Shown here one piece after another: positions 49,118-57,470 of a DNA stretch of 64,000 nt. This DNA comes from an uncultured Verrucomicrobiae bacterium. Its GTDB lineage: Bacteria > Verrucomicrobiota > Verrucomicrobiia > Limisphaerales > UBA1100. The translations under genes were made by a program, and so were the position numbers. The notes beneath the pieces are model-generated. The model saw nothing but the letters and a program-made list of their open reading frames with translations. It ran no database searches and was not told where the DNA came from. Position 1 is the first letter of the stretch. Every line of letters begins with the position of its first letter. The stretch covers positions 50,992 to 114,991 of the forward strand of contig CALKBX010000016.1 of the NCBI GenBank assembly GCA_937775205.1. Reading direction: 5' to 3'.

Positions 49118-49952
49118 TGGCGAACAGGCAGGGATGCGTTACGCGCTGTGCCTGCCCAACTCGCCGATGAGCGGCGTGCGCGGCGAACGCCTCGGCCGCC
49201 GCGCGGGCAGCTCGGTGGATTTCCAGGATTACCGCGAGTACCAACCGGGCGATGACCTCCGCCACATTGACTGGAACGCTTACGCCCGCAGCAATCAACT
49301 CATCGTCAAACTGCATCGCGAGGAAGTGCAGCCGCATCTCGATCTCATTCTCGATACCTCCGCCTCGATGAATTTGCCCGATACCGACAAGCCCGCCGCG
49401 CTGCATCAACTCGCCGCGCTGCTCGCCACCGCCGCCGCCAACGCGCGTTGCTCGCAGGCGCTGTGGATGACCGGCGAAGGCTTCCAACGTGTCCGCAACG
49501 ACACCCAACCGCCTGGCGCGTGGGGCGAGCTGCCGATGGGCGGCGCGCGGTCATTTGAGGAAGCCCACGGATTGCTGCCCCCGCGCCTGCGCCGTCAAGG
49601 AATGCGGGTGATCATCAGCGACCTGCTGTGGCCCGGCGATCCGCTACCCACGCTGCGCAAACTCGCCGAGGGCGCGGCCAGTTTGCACGTCATCCAATTG
49701 CTCGCGCGCACCGATGCCACCGCGCCCGAGCCGGGCAACGTGCAGTTGCAGGACACCGAGACCGGCGAGATGCTCTCCATTTATGTCGACGCGAGCATCA
49801 GGGAAACCTACCGCGACACCCTCCGCCGCCTGCAACAAAGCTGGCACAACGCCTGCAAACAAACCGGCGCGCAACTCACCACCCTCATCGCCGAAGACCT
49901 CGGTCAGTCGCTGTCCGCGCTGGAGGAAATCCAACTGCTGGAGCCCGCCTGA
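49086..49952 (+). CDS. DUF58 family protein (vWA-like fold, MoxR partner)
   Basis: GSSVDFQDYREYQPGDDLRHIDWNAYARSNQLIVKLHREE. An alternative start at 49134 lies after the permease stop. Confidence 0.85.
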   Translation: MKTPFRQSLVDGEQAGMRYALCLPNSPMSGVRGERLGRRAGSSVDFQDYREYQPGDDLRHIDWNAYARSNQLIVKLHREEVQPHLDLILDTSASMNLPDTDKPAALHQLAALLATAAANARCSQALWMTGEGFQRVRNDTQPPGAWGELPMGGARSFEEAHGLLPPRLRRQGMRVIISDLLWPGDPLPTLRKLAEGAASLHVIQLLARTDATAPEPGNVQLQDTETGEMLSIYVDASIRETYRDTLRRLQQSWHNACKQTGAQLTTLIAEDLGQSLSALEEIQLLEPA

Positions 49953-51721
49953 TGCCGACGATCACTTATCCCCTCGCGTGGCTCGCGGCCATCAGTTTGC
50001 CTTTGTTGGCGGCGATTTATTTTTTGCGGCATCGTTTTCGCAAACAGCCGGTGTCCAGTTTGTTGCTGTGGCAAATGCAAAAGGAATCGCGCGAAGGCGG
50101 CCGCCGCATTGAGACGCCCAAGTTTCCGCCCATCTTTTTTATCGAGCTGTTCATCCTCGCGCTGCTCGTCTTCGCCGCGCTTGGCCCGCGCTGGCAATTG
50201 CCGCACACCACCCGCCCGCTCATCGTGGTGCTCGATGATTCGCTCTCAATGAGCGCCGGCCCCGCCGGCCAACAACCGCGCGATGAGGCGCTGAAATTAT
50301 TAAATGAAATTTTGGCCAAACGCGATTTTGCCAGCTACCAACTCATCGCCGCCGGCGCCGGCCCGCGTTTGCTCGGCGACACCGTGCCGCATCCGGATCA
50401 ACTCAAAGACCAAATCTCGCTCTGGACTTGCACCGCCCACGCCGCTGATCTCGATGCCGCGCTGGCCCTCGCGCGCAATCTCCGCAAAGGCGATGCCGAT
50501 GTGCTCGTGCTTACCGACCACGCCCCCGCCGAAACCGATCTCCCGCCAGGCCGCATTCGTTGGGAAGCGGTTGGTAAACCGCGTGTGAATTTTGCCTTCG
50601 TCAACGCCGCGCGTACACCGCACGGCGCGGGCGATCGTTGCCTTTTTGAAGTCGCCAACCTTTCCGCCAGCGCCGCCACCAATACTTTGCGCATCACTGC
50701 CGGCCAACAGGTCGTTTATGAAAAGCGGTTGCTTTTGGAAACCAATCGCACGCACCGCGTCACTTTGCCCGTGCCCGCGACGATGGGCACGCTGCGCGCG
50801 GAGCTGGGCGGTGATGCGTTGGCGGGCGACAACCACGCCGCGCTCGTGCGCCCGCGGCGGCGGCAGGTGCGCGTGCAAATGTCCGTTACCGATACCAACC
50901 TCGCGCGGCTCATCACCGAAACATTGGCGTCGACCGGCCTGCGCGCGCCGACGAATCAACCGCCGGAACTGGTCATCCACCAAAGCGACGCCCCGCCCGC
51001 CGGACGCGAGGCGTGGGGCTTGCGCCTGGCGCCGATGCCCGAAAAAGCCGAACGCTTCACCGGCCCGTTTGTGATGGACACCACCCATCCACTCACGCAC
51101 GGCCTCACGCTGCCGGGCATCGTGTGGGGTGCCAATGCCACGGCCACCAATGCGCCCGGGCATTTGCCCATCATCACTGCCGGCAACGTACCGTTGGTCA
51201 CCACCCGCACCGACCGCCGCGGGCGTGAACAAGTGACGCTGCACTTCGCTCCCACGCAGTCCACCGTGCAGGACACCCCGCAATGGCCCGCGCTGTTTTG
51301 GAATTTACTCCACTGGCGCGCGCGCGCGCAGCCGGGTTTGCCGGAAAACAATCTGCGCCTCGGCGCGGAAGTGCCCTACCGCCCGCGCGGTAAAACTGCG
51401 ACGCTCACGTTTCCTGATAAAACAGAACAGCAAATCGACACACCCAGCGGTGAAATCCGTTTGCCGGTCAAGCAACCGGGCGTGTACACGGTGGTTTCCG
51501 GTGCACAAACGAATCGGCTGCGTGAATCATTTGCGGTCAATTTCCTCGCGGGCGCAGAATCCAATCTCTCGGCTGCGGTCACCGACAAGTGGGGCGCTTG
51601 GGGCACGGAAGAAGAGGTGCGCTACGAATACGCTTCGGTTTTGCCTTATCTAATTCTGTTGGCCCTCGCCGGTGCGTTGGCGCATTTGTGGATGATTGCA
51701 CGCCAAAGGGGGCGCACTTAA
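49952..51721 (+). CDS. BatA-N-terminal-domain / vWA-like membrane protein
   Basis: MPTITYPLAWLAAISLPLLAAIYFLRHRFRKQPVSSLLLWQ (aerotolerance-regulator N-terminal motif), a second TM helix, then RPLIVVLDDSLSM. The ATG overlaps the DUF58 TGA. Confidence 0.8.
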   Translation: MPTITYPLAWLAAISLPLLAAIYFLRHRFRKQPVSSLLLWQMQKESREGGRRIETPKFPPIFFIELFILALLVFAALGPRWQLPHTTRPLIVVLDDSLSMSAGPAGQQPRDEALKLLNEILAKRDFASYQLIAAGAGPRLLGDTVPHPDQLKDQISLWTCTAHAADLDAALALARNLRKGDADVLVLTDHAPAETDLPPGRIRWEAVGKPRVNFAFVNAARTPHGAGDRCLFEVANLSASAATNTLRITAGQQVVYEKRLLLETNRTHRVTLPVPATMGTLRAELGGDALAGDNHAALVRPRRRQVRVQMSVTDTNLARLITETLASTGLRAPTNQPPELVIHQSDAPPAGREAWGLRLAPMPEKAERFTGPFVMDTTHPLTHGLTLPGIVWGANATATNAPGHLPIITAGNVPLVTTRTDRRGREQVTLHFAPTQSTVQDTPQWPALFWNLLHWRARAQPGLPENNLRLGAEVPYRPRGKTATLTFPDKTEQQIDTPSGEIRLPVKQPGVYTVVSGAQTNRLRESFAVNFLAGAESNLSAAVTDKWGAWGTEEEVRYEYASVLPYLILLALAGALAHLWMIARQRGRT

Positions 51722-51730
51722 ACACGACCG

Positions 51731-54616
51731 ATGACGTTGATGAGTCCAATTTGGTTGTTGCTGCTCGTGCCGCTGGGCGCGGCGCTGGTGGCGTGGCCGC
51801 TGCCCGGGCGCGGGTTGAACATTGTACGCGCCATCACGCTCGGCCTGTTGGTGCTGGCAATGGCACAACCGGCGGTGCGGCTGCCTGATCGCCATGGGGT
51901 TTTGGTGGTGGTGGCCGATCGCAGCGCGTCGATGCCCGCGCGCGCCGGGGCGGATCAACTCGAGGCCATCAAACAATTGCACAGTGAGATGAGCGAAGGC
52001 GACCGCTTGGCGGTAGTGAGTTTCGGGCGCGAAGCGGGCATCGAACGCGCGCCGGGCTCGGATGGGCTTGATGAGTTTTCCGGCAAAGTGGATGGCCAAC
52101 ATTCGCGCCTCGCGCACGCGCTGGACCGCGCGCTAGCGTTGATCCCGCCGGGCAAGGGCGGGCGAATTTTGGTATTGTCCGACGGTCACTGGACGGGGCG
52201 AGATCCCGTAACCGTTGCAGCCCGCGCGGCGGGTCGCGGCATTGCGATTGACCACCGTTGGATGAGCCGATCGCGCGGCGAAGATCTCGCCATCAGTAGT
52301 TTGCAAGCGCCGGGCGATGTGCTGCCGGGGCAGGCGTTTATGATTTCCGGCTGGGTGAATTCGCCGCGCGCGCAGGAGATTGCGTACGAACTGCGTCGGC
52401 ACGACCAAGTCATCTCCGCCGGCAAACGCACGGTGCCGATGGGATTGTCGCGACTGCTTTTTCGCGACCGCCCTTCGCTGCCCGGCACGGCGGCGTATTC
52501 GCTAAACATCCGCGCCACAGCCACCGAGGCAATCGACGCCATTCCGGAAAATAATACGGCCCGCGCGTTGGTGGGTGTGCGCGGGCGTAAGCCGTTGTTG
52601 TTGGTTTCCAACTTCGGCGCGCAGAGCGGTTTGGCGCGGTTGCTCGTGAAGGGTGGTGCCACGCTGGTGGCGCGAACGCCGGCACAATGCAATTGGAGCC
52701 TCGAAGATTTATCGCGTTGGTCAGCGGTGATTTTGGAAAACGTAATGGCCGGCGACCTCGGCCTCGATGGAATGGAGGCACTGCGCGATTGGGTGCGCGA
52801 AACCGGTTCGGGGATGATGATGACCGGTGGCGAAAAATCCTACGCGCCTGGCGGTTACTATCAATCGCCTATCGAACCCATCCTGCCGGTAACGCTGGAA
52901 AGGCGGAATGAAATCCGAAAACTACAGACGGCTATCGTGGTGGTAATGGATCGTTCCGGCTCAATGGGAATGGGCGTAAGCGGCGGCAAAACCAAAATGG
53001 ACCTCGCCAACCTCGGCGCGGCGCAGGTGTTGGATTTGCTTTCGCCCACGGATGAGTTCGGCGTTATCGCTGTGGATAGCGCGCCCAACACCGAGCTGCG
53101 GCTGGACACCGCGGAACGAAATCAAACGCCCTTTTTCCGCCGGAAAATCCTGAGCATCCAACCGGGCGGTGGCGGCATTTATGTGTACGTCGCGCTGGAG
53201 GCGGCGGCCAAAATGCTGCAGCGCGCTAAGTCGGCGAACAAGCACGTGATTTTGTTTTCCGATGCGCAGGATTCCGAGCAGCCGGGTAATTACAAAGACC
53301 TCGTCGGGAAAATGCGCAAAGCCGGCATCACCATCAGCGTCATCGGCCTCGGCACGGATAAGGATGTGGACGCGGATTTATTGAAGGACATCGCCAAGCT
53401 TGGTGAAGGGAATGTTTATTTCACCGACCGGCCCACGGAAATTCCGCGCATCTTCGCGCAGGACACCTTTGCCGTGGCGCGCAACACCTTCATCAAGGAA
53501 GCCACCGCCGTGAAAATCCTCACGGACTTCAGCACGCTCGGCGCGCAAGGGCAATGGGCGCCACCGGCGTTGGGCGGCTACAATCTCACGTACGCCCGCA
53601 AACGCGCCAGCGTTGGAATGATGACACAGGACGAATACAACGCGCCCGGCGTGGCGTGGTGGCAAGTGGGCGCGGGGCGCGTGGTGTGTTTCACCGGCGA
53701 AGCGGATGGCACCTACGCGGGCGACTTCGCGAAATGGAAGGACGCCGGCGATTTTTATGCGACGCTCGCGCGCTGGGCGGCGGGGAGCCCCACGGAGTTG
53801 CCGGACAACATGTTGCTCACGCAGGAAGTGCGCGATGGCGTTTGTGTTGTGCAACTGCACTTGGATCCCGCCCGCGCAGAGCGAATTACCGAACGCCCCA
53901 AGCTCACCACATTGCGTGGTTTGCCCGGTGAAGCACCGCGCAAAACGACCGGCCATCTCAACTGGAAAACCGCCGACCTGCTTGAAGCCACCCTGCCCCT
54001 GCAAGGTGGCGAGACATTACTGAGCAGCGTGGACTTCGGCCAAAACCTCGTGCAAACGCTTGCGCCCGTTTGCCTGCCGTATTCGCCGGAGTTCGCGCCC
54101 GACCGCCCCAACCGCGGCCGCCTCGCGCTGGCCGGCCTCAGCCGCACCTCCAACGGGCAAGCCCGCCTCGCGCTGGCGGATATTTGGGACACTCTCCCGC
54201 GCCAACCGCGTCATTTGCCGCTTGCCGTTTGGCTGGTGCTCGCAGCGTTGATTTTATTTTTGCTCGAAGTCTTCCAACGGCGCACCGGTTTCTTTGGCAC
54301 AAAACTCCGCGCGACCAGTTCCGAAGACGGCATCCTCGCCGGCCCCACTCAAAAACGCACACGCACCACCCTCGCCAGTGCCGCCACCGAGTCCGAGGAA
54401 GAAACCGGCCTCAAACTCCCCAAACGCAAACGCACCCGAAAACGTGCCGACGAAGGCCCGCCTGTGGTCGCCCCCCCTGTCCTCAGCCAAACCGAAGCAA
54501 CGGACGACCCCAGCAAGCCCCCCGTCATCGGCCCGCCCCAAGCCTCCACCCTCGACGCCCTCCAAGCCGCCCGCCAACGCGCCAAAGATCGCGAAGGCCG
54601 TGCGCGGGAAGATTAA
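51731..54616 (+). CDS. Large double-vWA membrane protein with a central GATase1/ThuA-like domain
   Basis: Two vWA MIDAS-like stretches (VVVADRSASM, VVVMDRSGSM). A SAVILENV...GGYYQSPIEPILPV segment lies between them. C-terminal TM helix and basic/Pro-rich tail. Confidence 0.8.
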   Translation: MTLMSPIWLLLLVPLGAALVAWPLPGRGLNIVRAITLGLLVLAMAQPAVRLPDRHGVLVVVADRSASMPARAGADQLEAIKQLHSEMSEGDRLAVVSFGREAGIERAPGSDGLDEFSGKVDGQHSRLAHALDRALALIPPGKGGRILVLSDGHWTGRDPVTVAARAAGRGIAIDHRWMSRSRGEDLAISSLQAPGDVLPGQAFMISGWVNSPRAQEIAYELRRHDQVISAGKRTVPMGLSRLLFRDRPSLPGTAAYSLNIRATATEAIDAIPENNTARALVGVRGRKPLLLVSNFGAQSGLARLLVKGGATLVARTPAQCNWSLEDLSRWSAVILENVMAGDLGLDGMEALRDWVRETGSGMMMTGGEKSYAPGGYYQSPIEPILPVTLERRNEIRKLQTAIVVVMDRSGSMGMGVSGGKTKMDLANLGAAQVLDLLSPTDEFGVIAVDSAPNTELRLDTAERNQTPFFRRKILSIQPGGGGIYVYVALEAAAKMLQRAKSANKHVILFSDAQDSEQPGNYKDLVGKMRKAGITISVIGLGTDKDVDADLLKDIAKLGEGNVYFTDRPTEIPRIFAQDTFAVARNTFIKEATAVKILTDFSTLGAQGQWAPPALGGYNLTYARKRASVGMMTQDEYNAPGVAWWQVGAGRVVCFTGEADGTYAGDFAKWKDAGDFYATLARWAAGSPTELPDNMLLTQEVRDGVCVVQLHLDPARAERITERPKLTTLRGLPGEAPRKTTGHLNWKTADLLEATLPLQGGETLLSSVDFGQNLVQTLAPVCLPYSPEFAPDRPNRGRLALAGLSRTSNGQARLALADIWDTLPRQPRHLPLAVWLVLAALILFLLEVFQRRTGFFGTKLRATSSEDGILAGPTQKRTRTTLASAATESEEETGLKLPKRKRTRKRADEGPPVVAPPVLSQTEATDDPSKPPVIGPPQASTLDALQAARQRAKDREGRARED

Positions 54617-54666
54617 TCGCCAGATCAGCCTTTACCCAAACTCCATTGTGCGTAGGGTTGGGGCAG

Positions 54667-55012
54667 ATGAAACCCACACTGTATTTTCTCGTCGCTCGGT
54701 TTGTTGGCCAGTGCTTGCGGCGATCAGCCGGAGCCGGACATCAATGATAATTCTTCAGGCAATCCCGCGACCGCGCCGGTGGATTATTTGGGCGCGGTAA
54801 ACAAAGGCCGCAACAAAGCCATCATCGACGCCGGCTTATTGCAGGTGAACAGCGCCATCAACCAATTCAAAGCCACGAGCAGCCAACCGCCGGCCAGTTT
54901 GCAGGAACTCATCACCGAAGGCCTCCTCGCCGAATTGCCCGCCGTGCCCAACGGAATGAAATGGCAGTACAACCCGCAAACAGGTGAGGCTACGGTGGTG
55001 CCCGCCCAATAG
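54667..55012 (+). pseudogene. Small lipoprotein; the signal peptide start is out of frame with the mature part
   Basis: The ATG at 54667 gives MKPTLYFLVA.., and a frame change near 54695 gives LLASAC-GDQPE.. (lipobox-like). Otherwise only a TTG start at 54701 with no signal peptide. Confidence 0.4.
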
Positions 55013-55026
55013 TGAATTTTCAGAAT

Positions 55027-55062
55027 CCACCAAACGCTTGATTTCGTTGGTCGCGTTGGTGG
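55027..55062 (+). terminator. Hairpin after the lipoprotein gene (no clear U-tract)
   Basis: ccaccaaacgc ... gcgttggtgg (10-11 bp with one bulge). Confidence 0.3.
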
Positions 55063-55106
55063 GGTGTGGGACTAACATGCAAACAATACTGCCCTAGCGA
55101 GAGAAG

Positions 55107-55381
55107 ATGCCTATGCGCTCAAGAATGTGGATTTGCCCAAGCTGCGGGAAGAATGGTGTAGAAATACTGACGGACTACCTCCCTCACGAGGATAGCAGCA
55201 AGAGACCTGCTCAAATTAAACCGTGCAAATTTTGCGGAAAGGAAACCACTCCACTCAAAAGTAGCTCTTTCTCTGTAAAAAATATTGGTGGGTATTAGTT
55301 CCTACATTGATTGCGCTAATCGTATTTTTGGTGAAGGTGGTTTGGCCATGGGCACTGAAAAATCCGAATTTTTATGAATAA
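55107..55381 (+). pseudogene. Zinc-ribbon protein whose C-terminal TM anchor is out of frame after an A6 tract (55277-55282)
   Basis: CPSCG...CKFCG in frame 1 stops at 55298. With one extra A the frame reads KKYWWVLVPTLIALIVFLVKVVWPWALKNPNFYE-stop at 55381. Confidence 0.45.
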
Positions 55382-55444
55382 AGTTAACCCCCCTTACCTC
55401 CTCCCTCCCTTCCTGTTATATTTCTTCTATGATTTATAACGCAG

Positions 55445-55533
55445 GATGGGCCAATCAAAATCACCGCCGCGGTGTGGCTGAACTGCAAAAGGCGTTGCCG
55501 AACTGCGACATCCGCAGCAACCCCACGAAGTAA
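55445..55533 (+). pseudogene. C-terminal remnant of a leucine-rich-repeat-type protein
   Basis: ..(K)ITAA | GVAELQKALPNCDIRSNPTK-stop, a typical PVC LRR C-terminus. There is no upstream ORF and an internal frame change. Confidence 0.4.
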
Positions 55534-55614
55534 CCCGCTCCTCCCTTCCGCCTCTTCTCCAGCCTCCCCCAACAGCATTTACACCAGTGCCGGTGAGGCG
55601 TAGGGTGGTCGGGC

Positions 55615-56784
55615 ATGAACCACTTTTTTTTGATGTTAGCCCAAAGCAAAAGGCACCTTGCATTCATCTTCATCACCTTGTTCTTTTCCGTGCCAAACCC
55701 CACGCGCGCGGCGGATGAAGGGGCAAAGGTTGTTGTGCTGAAGCCTGATGCAACCGGCTTGCCTCAAGATGGAGCTGCACTGATTAAAATACTTGAGCCT
55801 TTCAAGAAAACCGGCGGGGAAGTGCTGATCGATGGTGGGGTTTGGCTCATTCATGAACGGGTGAGGTTGCCGAGCAATGTTACCATCCGCGGAAGGAATC
55901 AGCCGGTATTGAGGCAACCCGGCCCAAGACTCGTGGCCAAGCCAGCCAAGGCCGGTGAAAAAATCCTTATCATCAATGCCGACTCCGAATACCGGGCAGG
56001 CGGTGAACTCGCCATACTCCCTCCCGAAGAGAGTGCTAAGAGAATCGCCACCGTGCGCATTAAGTCAGTTGAGGGCCGAACCCTTAATCTGGTTGAACCT
56101 CTGCCAGACATGGTGCCCGTAGGCAGTCGGGTGGGTTATTTTCATAACATGTTTTCGGGGCATTTGGTGAGCAACATAAGCATTGAGAACCTTACGATTG
56201 ACGGCGGACGCGACAAAGCCATCCCCATGCCCGGCCATGCCATGCGAACGGCAATCTGGATAACCGCACCTTATTCATACGCGAACGGGCCGACTGGAAA
56301 ACCCTCCAGTCATGTTACCGTGCGTCACTGCTCCATTAATAATTGCTACGGCCGCGCAGTCGCTTTTTACCATGTTGTTGATAGTGCTGTTATCGGGTGT
56401 CACATCGGCAACCTGAATGATGAAGCGATCGATTTCGATCATTTCACAAGACGGTGTCGGGCGATCGGCAATACGGTTGAAGACGTAACCATTGGAGTAG
56501 AGCTCAATGATGCCTCTGACTGTGAGGTGCTCCACAACCGTATTCGGGGGGCACGGGTTGGAGTACGAATCTGGTGGTACAGCAGGATTAAGCCAATCAA
56601 GCTCAATGAAGGGAACCTGATCCAACACAATTCCATTCGAGATGTTTCCCGACTTGCCATCTATATTGGCCCCAAATGCCACCGGAACCAAGTGGTGCAG
56701 AATTTCTTCAGTGGGAGAATTAATGTCATCGAGCCAGACAACAAGATCGCTGATAACACTCACCAAAAGAAAGATTCCCCATAG
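55615..56784 (+). CDS. Secreted right-handed parallel beta-helix repeat protein
   Basis: A signal peptide, then repeated ..N..I.N..I.. turns (NISIENLTIDGG, VRHCSINNCYG, VIGCHIGN, IGNTVEDV, VLHNRIRG). Confidence 0.7.
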   Translation: MNHFFLMLAQSKRHLAFIFITLFFSVPNPTRAADEGAKVVVLKPDATGLPQDGAALIKILEPFKKTGGEVLIDGGVWLIHERVRLPSNVTIRGRNQPVLRQPGPRLVAKPAKAGEKILIINADSEYRAGGELAILPPEESAKRIATVRIKSVEGRTLNLVEPLPDMVPVGSRVGYFHNMFSGHLVSNISIENLTIDGGRDKAIPMPGHAMRTAIWITAPYSYANGPTGKPSSHVTVRHCSINNCYGRAVAFYHVVDSAVIGCHIGNLNDEAIDFDHFTRRCRAIGNTVEDVTIGVELNDASDCEVLHNRIRGARVGVRIWWYSRIKPIKLNEGNLIQHNSIRDVSRLAIYIGPKCHRNQVVQNFFSGRINVIEPDNKIADNTHQKKDSP

Positions 56785-56960
56785 CTTACAACGCCCGGAA
56801 GCAACCCTTTCCGCCTCTACCGACTCGCCGTACGTTTTCCGAGGGCGCTGGCGAACCGCTGGATATTGCGTTTCCTTTCGATCAACTGTGTTAAACACAG
56901 ATATTTCGCTGAGCGCACGGCGGCATGATGAAAGAAACGCAGTTTACCAGAAAAGAAGAA

Positions 56961-57037
56961 TGGCGGGAGTGACGAGACTCGAACTCGCAACCTCTGGCGT
57001 GACAGGCCAGCGCTCTAACCAATTGAGCTACACCCCC
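56961..57037 (-). tRNA. tRNA-Asp (GTC), CCA encoded
   Basis: Folded by hand: acceptor GGGGGTG/CACTCCC (one G-U), D stem GCTC/GAGC, anticodon stem CTGGC/GCCAG with loop CTGTCAC, T stem GCGAG/CTCGT with loop TTCGAGT, discriminator G plus CCA. Confidence 0.9.
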
Positions 57038-57047
57038 GCAAAATTCT

Positions 57048-57149
57048 GCGGGCGGCAAGCTAATCCAAGCTGCCGATCAGGGACTTGCAGAAGCGCAATA
57101 CAACCTTGGGCAGATGTATCGCGAAGGCCAAGGAGTGGAGCGGCTTTAG
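57048..57149 (+). pseudogene. Sel1-repeat (SLR) gene fragment abutting the tRNA
   Basis: ..KLIQAADQGLAEAQYNLGQMYREGQGVERL-stop: one SLR unit only, with no start codon or upstream ORF. Confidence 0.5.
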
Positions 57150-57163
57150 TCTCCGCCGCAGAC

Positions 57164-57364
57164 CGACCGAATATCTTACCATTAACTGTGGATGATATGA
57201 GTGCTGATTCGGTCGGTGTATTTGGCAGTAAACTGGCTGGCACAACTCCAAATATGGATAAGCTGGCTTCTCAATCACTCCGTTTTGCCGACGCACACGT
57301 CACCGTTGGAAACTGCATGCCCTGCCGAAACGTGCTGCTCTCCGGCCTGTACTCACACAATAAT
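57164..57364 (+). pseudogene. N-terminal sulfatase gene fragment
   Basis: RPNILPLTVDDMSADSVGVFGSKLAGTTPNMDKLASQSLRFADAHVTVGNCMPCRNVLLSGLYSHNN. There is no signal peptide, homology ends after about 67 aa, and the active-site motif reads C-M-P-C-R instead of C-x-P-S-R. Confidence 0.6.
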
Positions 57365-57470
57365 AAAACAAAAAAAATTATAGTACCCTTTTGGAGAAAA
57401 TCGGAGACTATTTGCTTTCACTTTTTCTCGCTTTCAGATGGTTTTTACGTACAATCCCCGCCTCACGTGC

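Noticed and set aside
56886-56900. 15-nt palindrome ctgtgttaaacacag downstream of tRNA-Asp
   Set aside because: As RNA it forms only a 5-bp AU-rich stem and lacks a convincing U-tract. This is too weak to call a terminator or operator.
57366-57470. Possible promoter (TACAAT at 57450) for the RND operon
   Set aside because: No acceptable -35 lies at 16-18 nt spacing, so it is not supportable from sequence alone.
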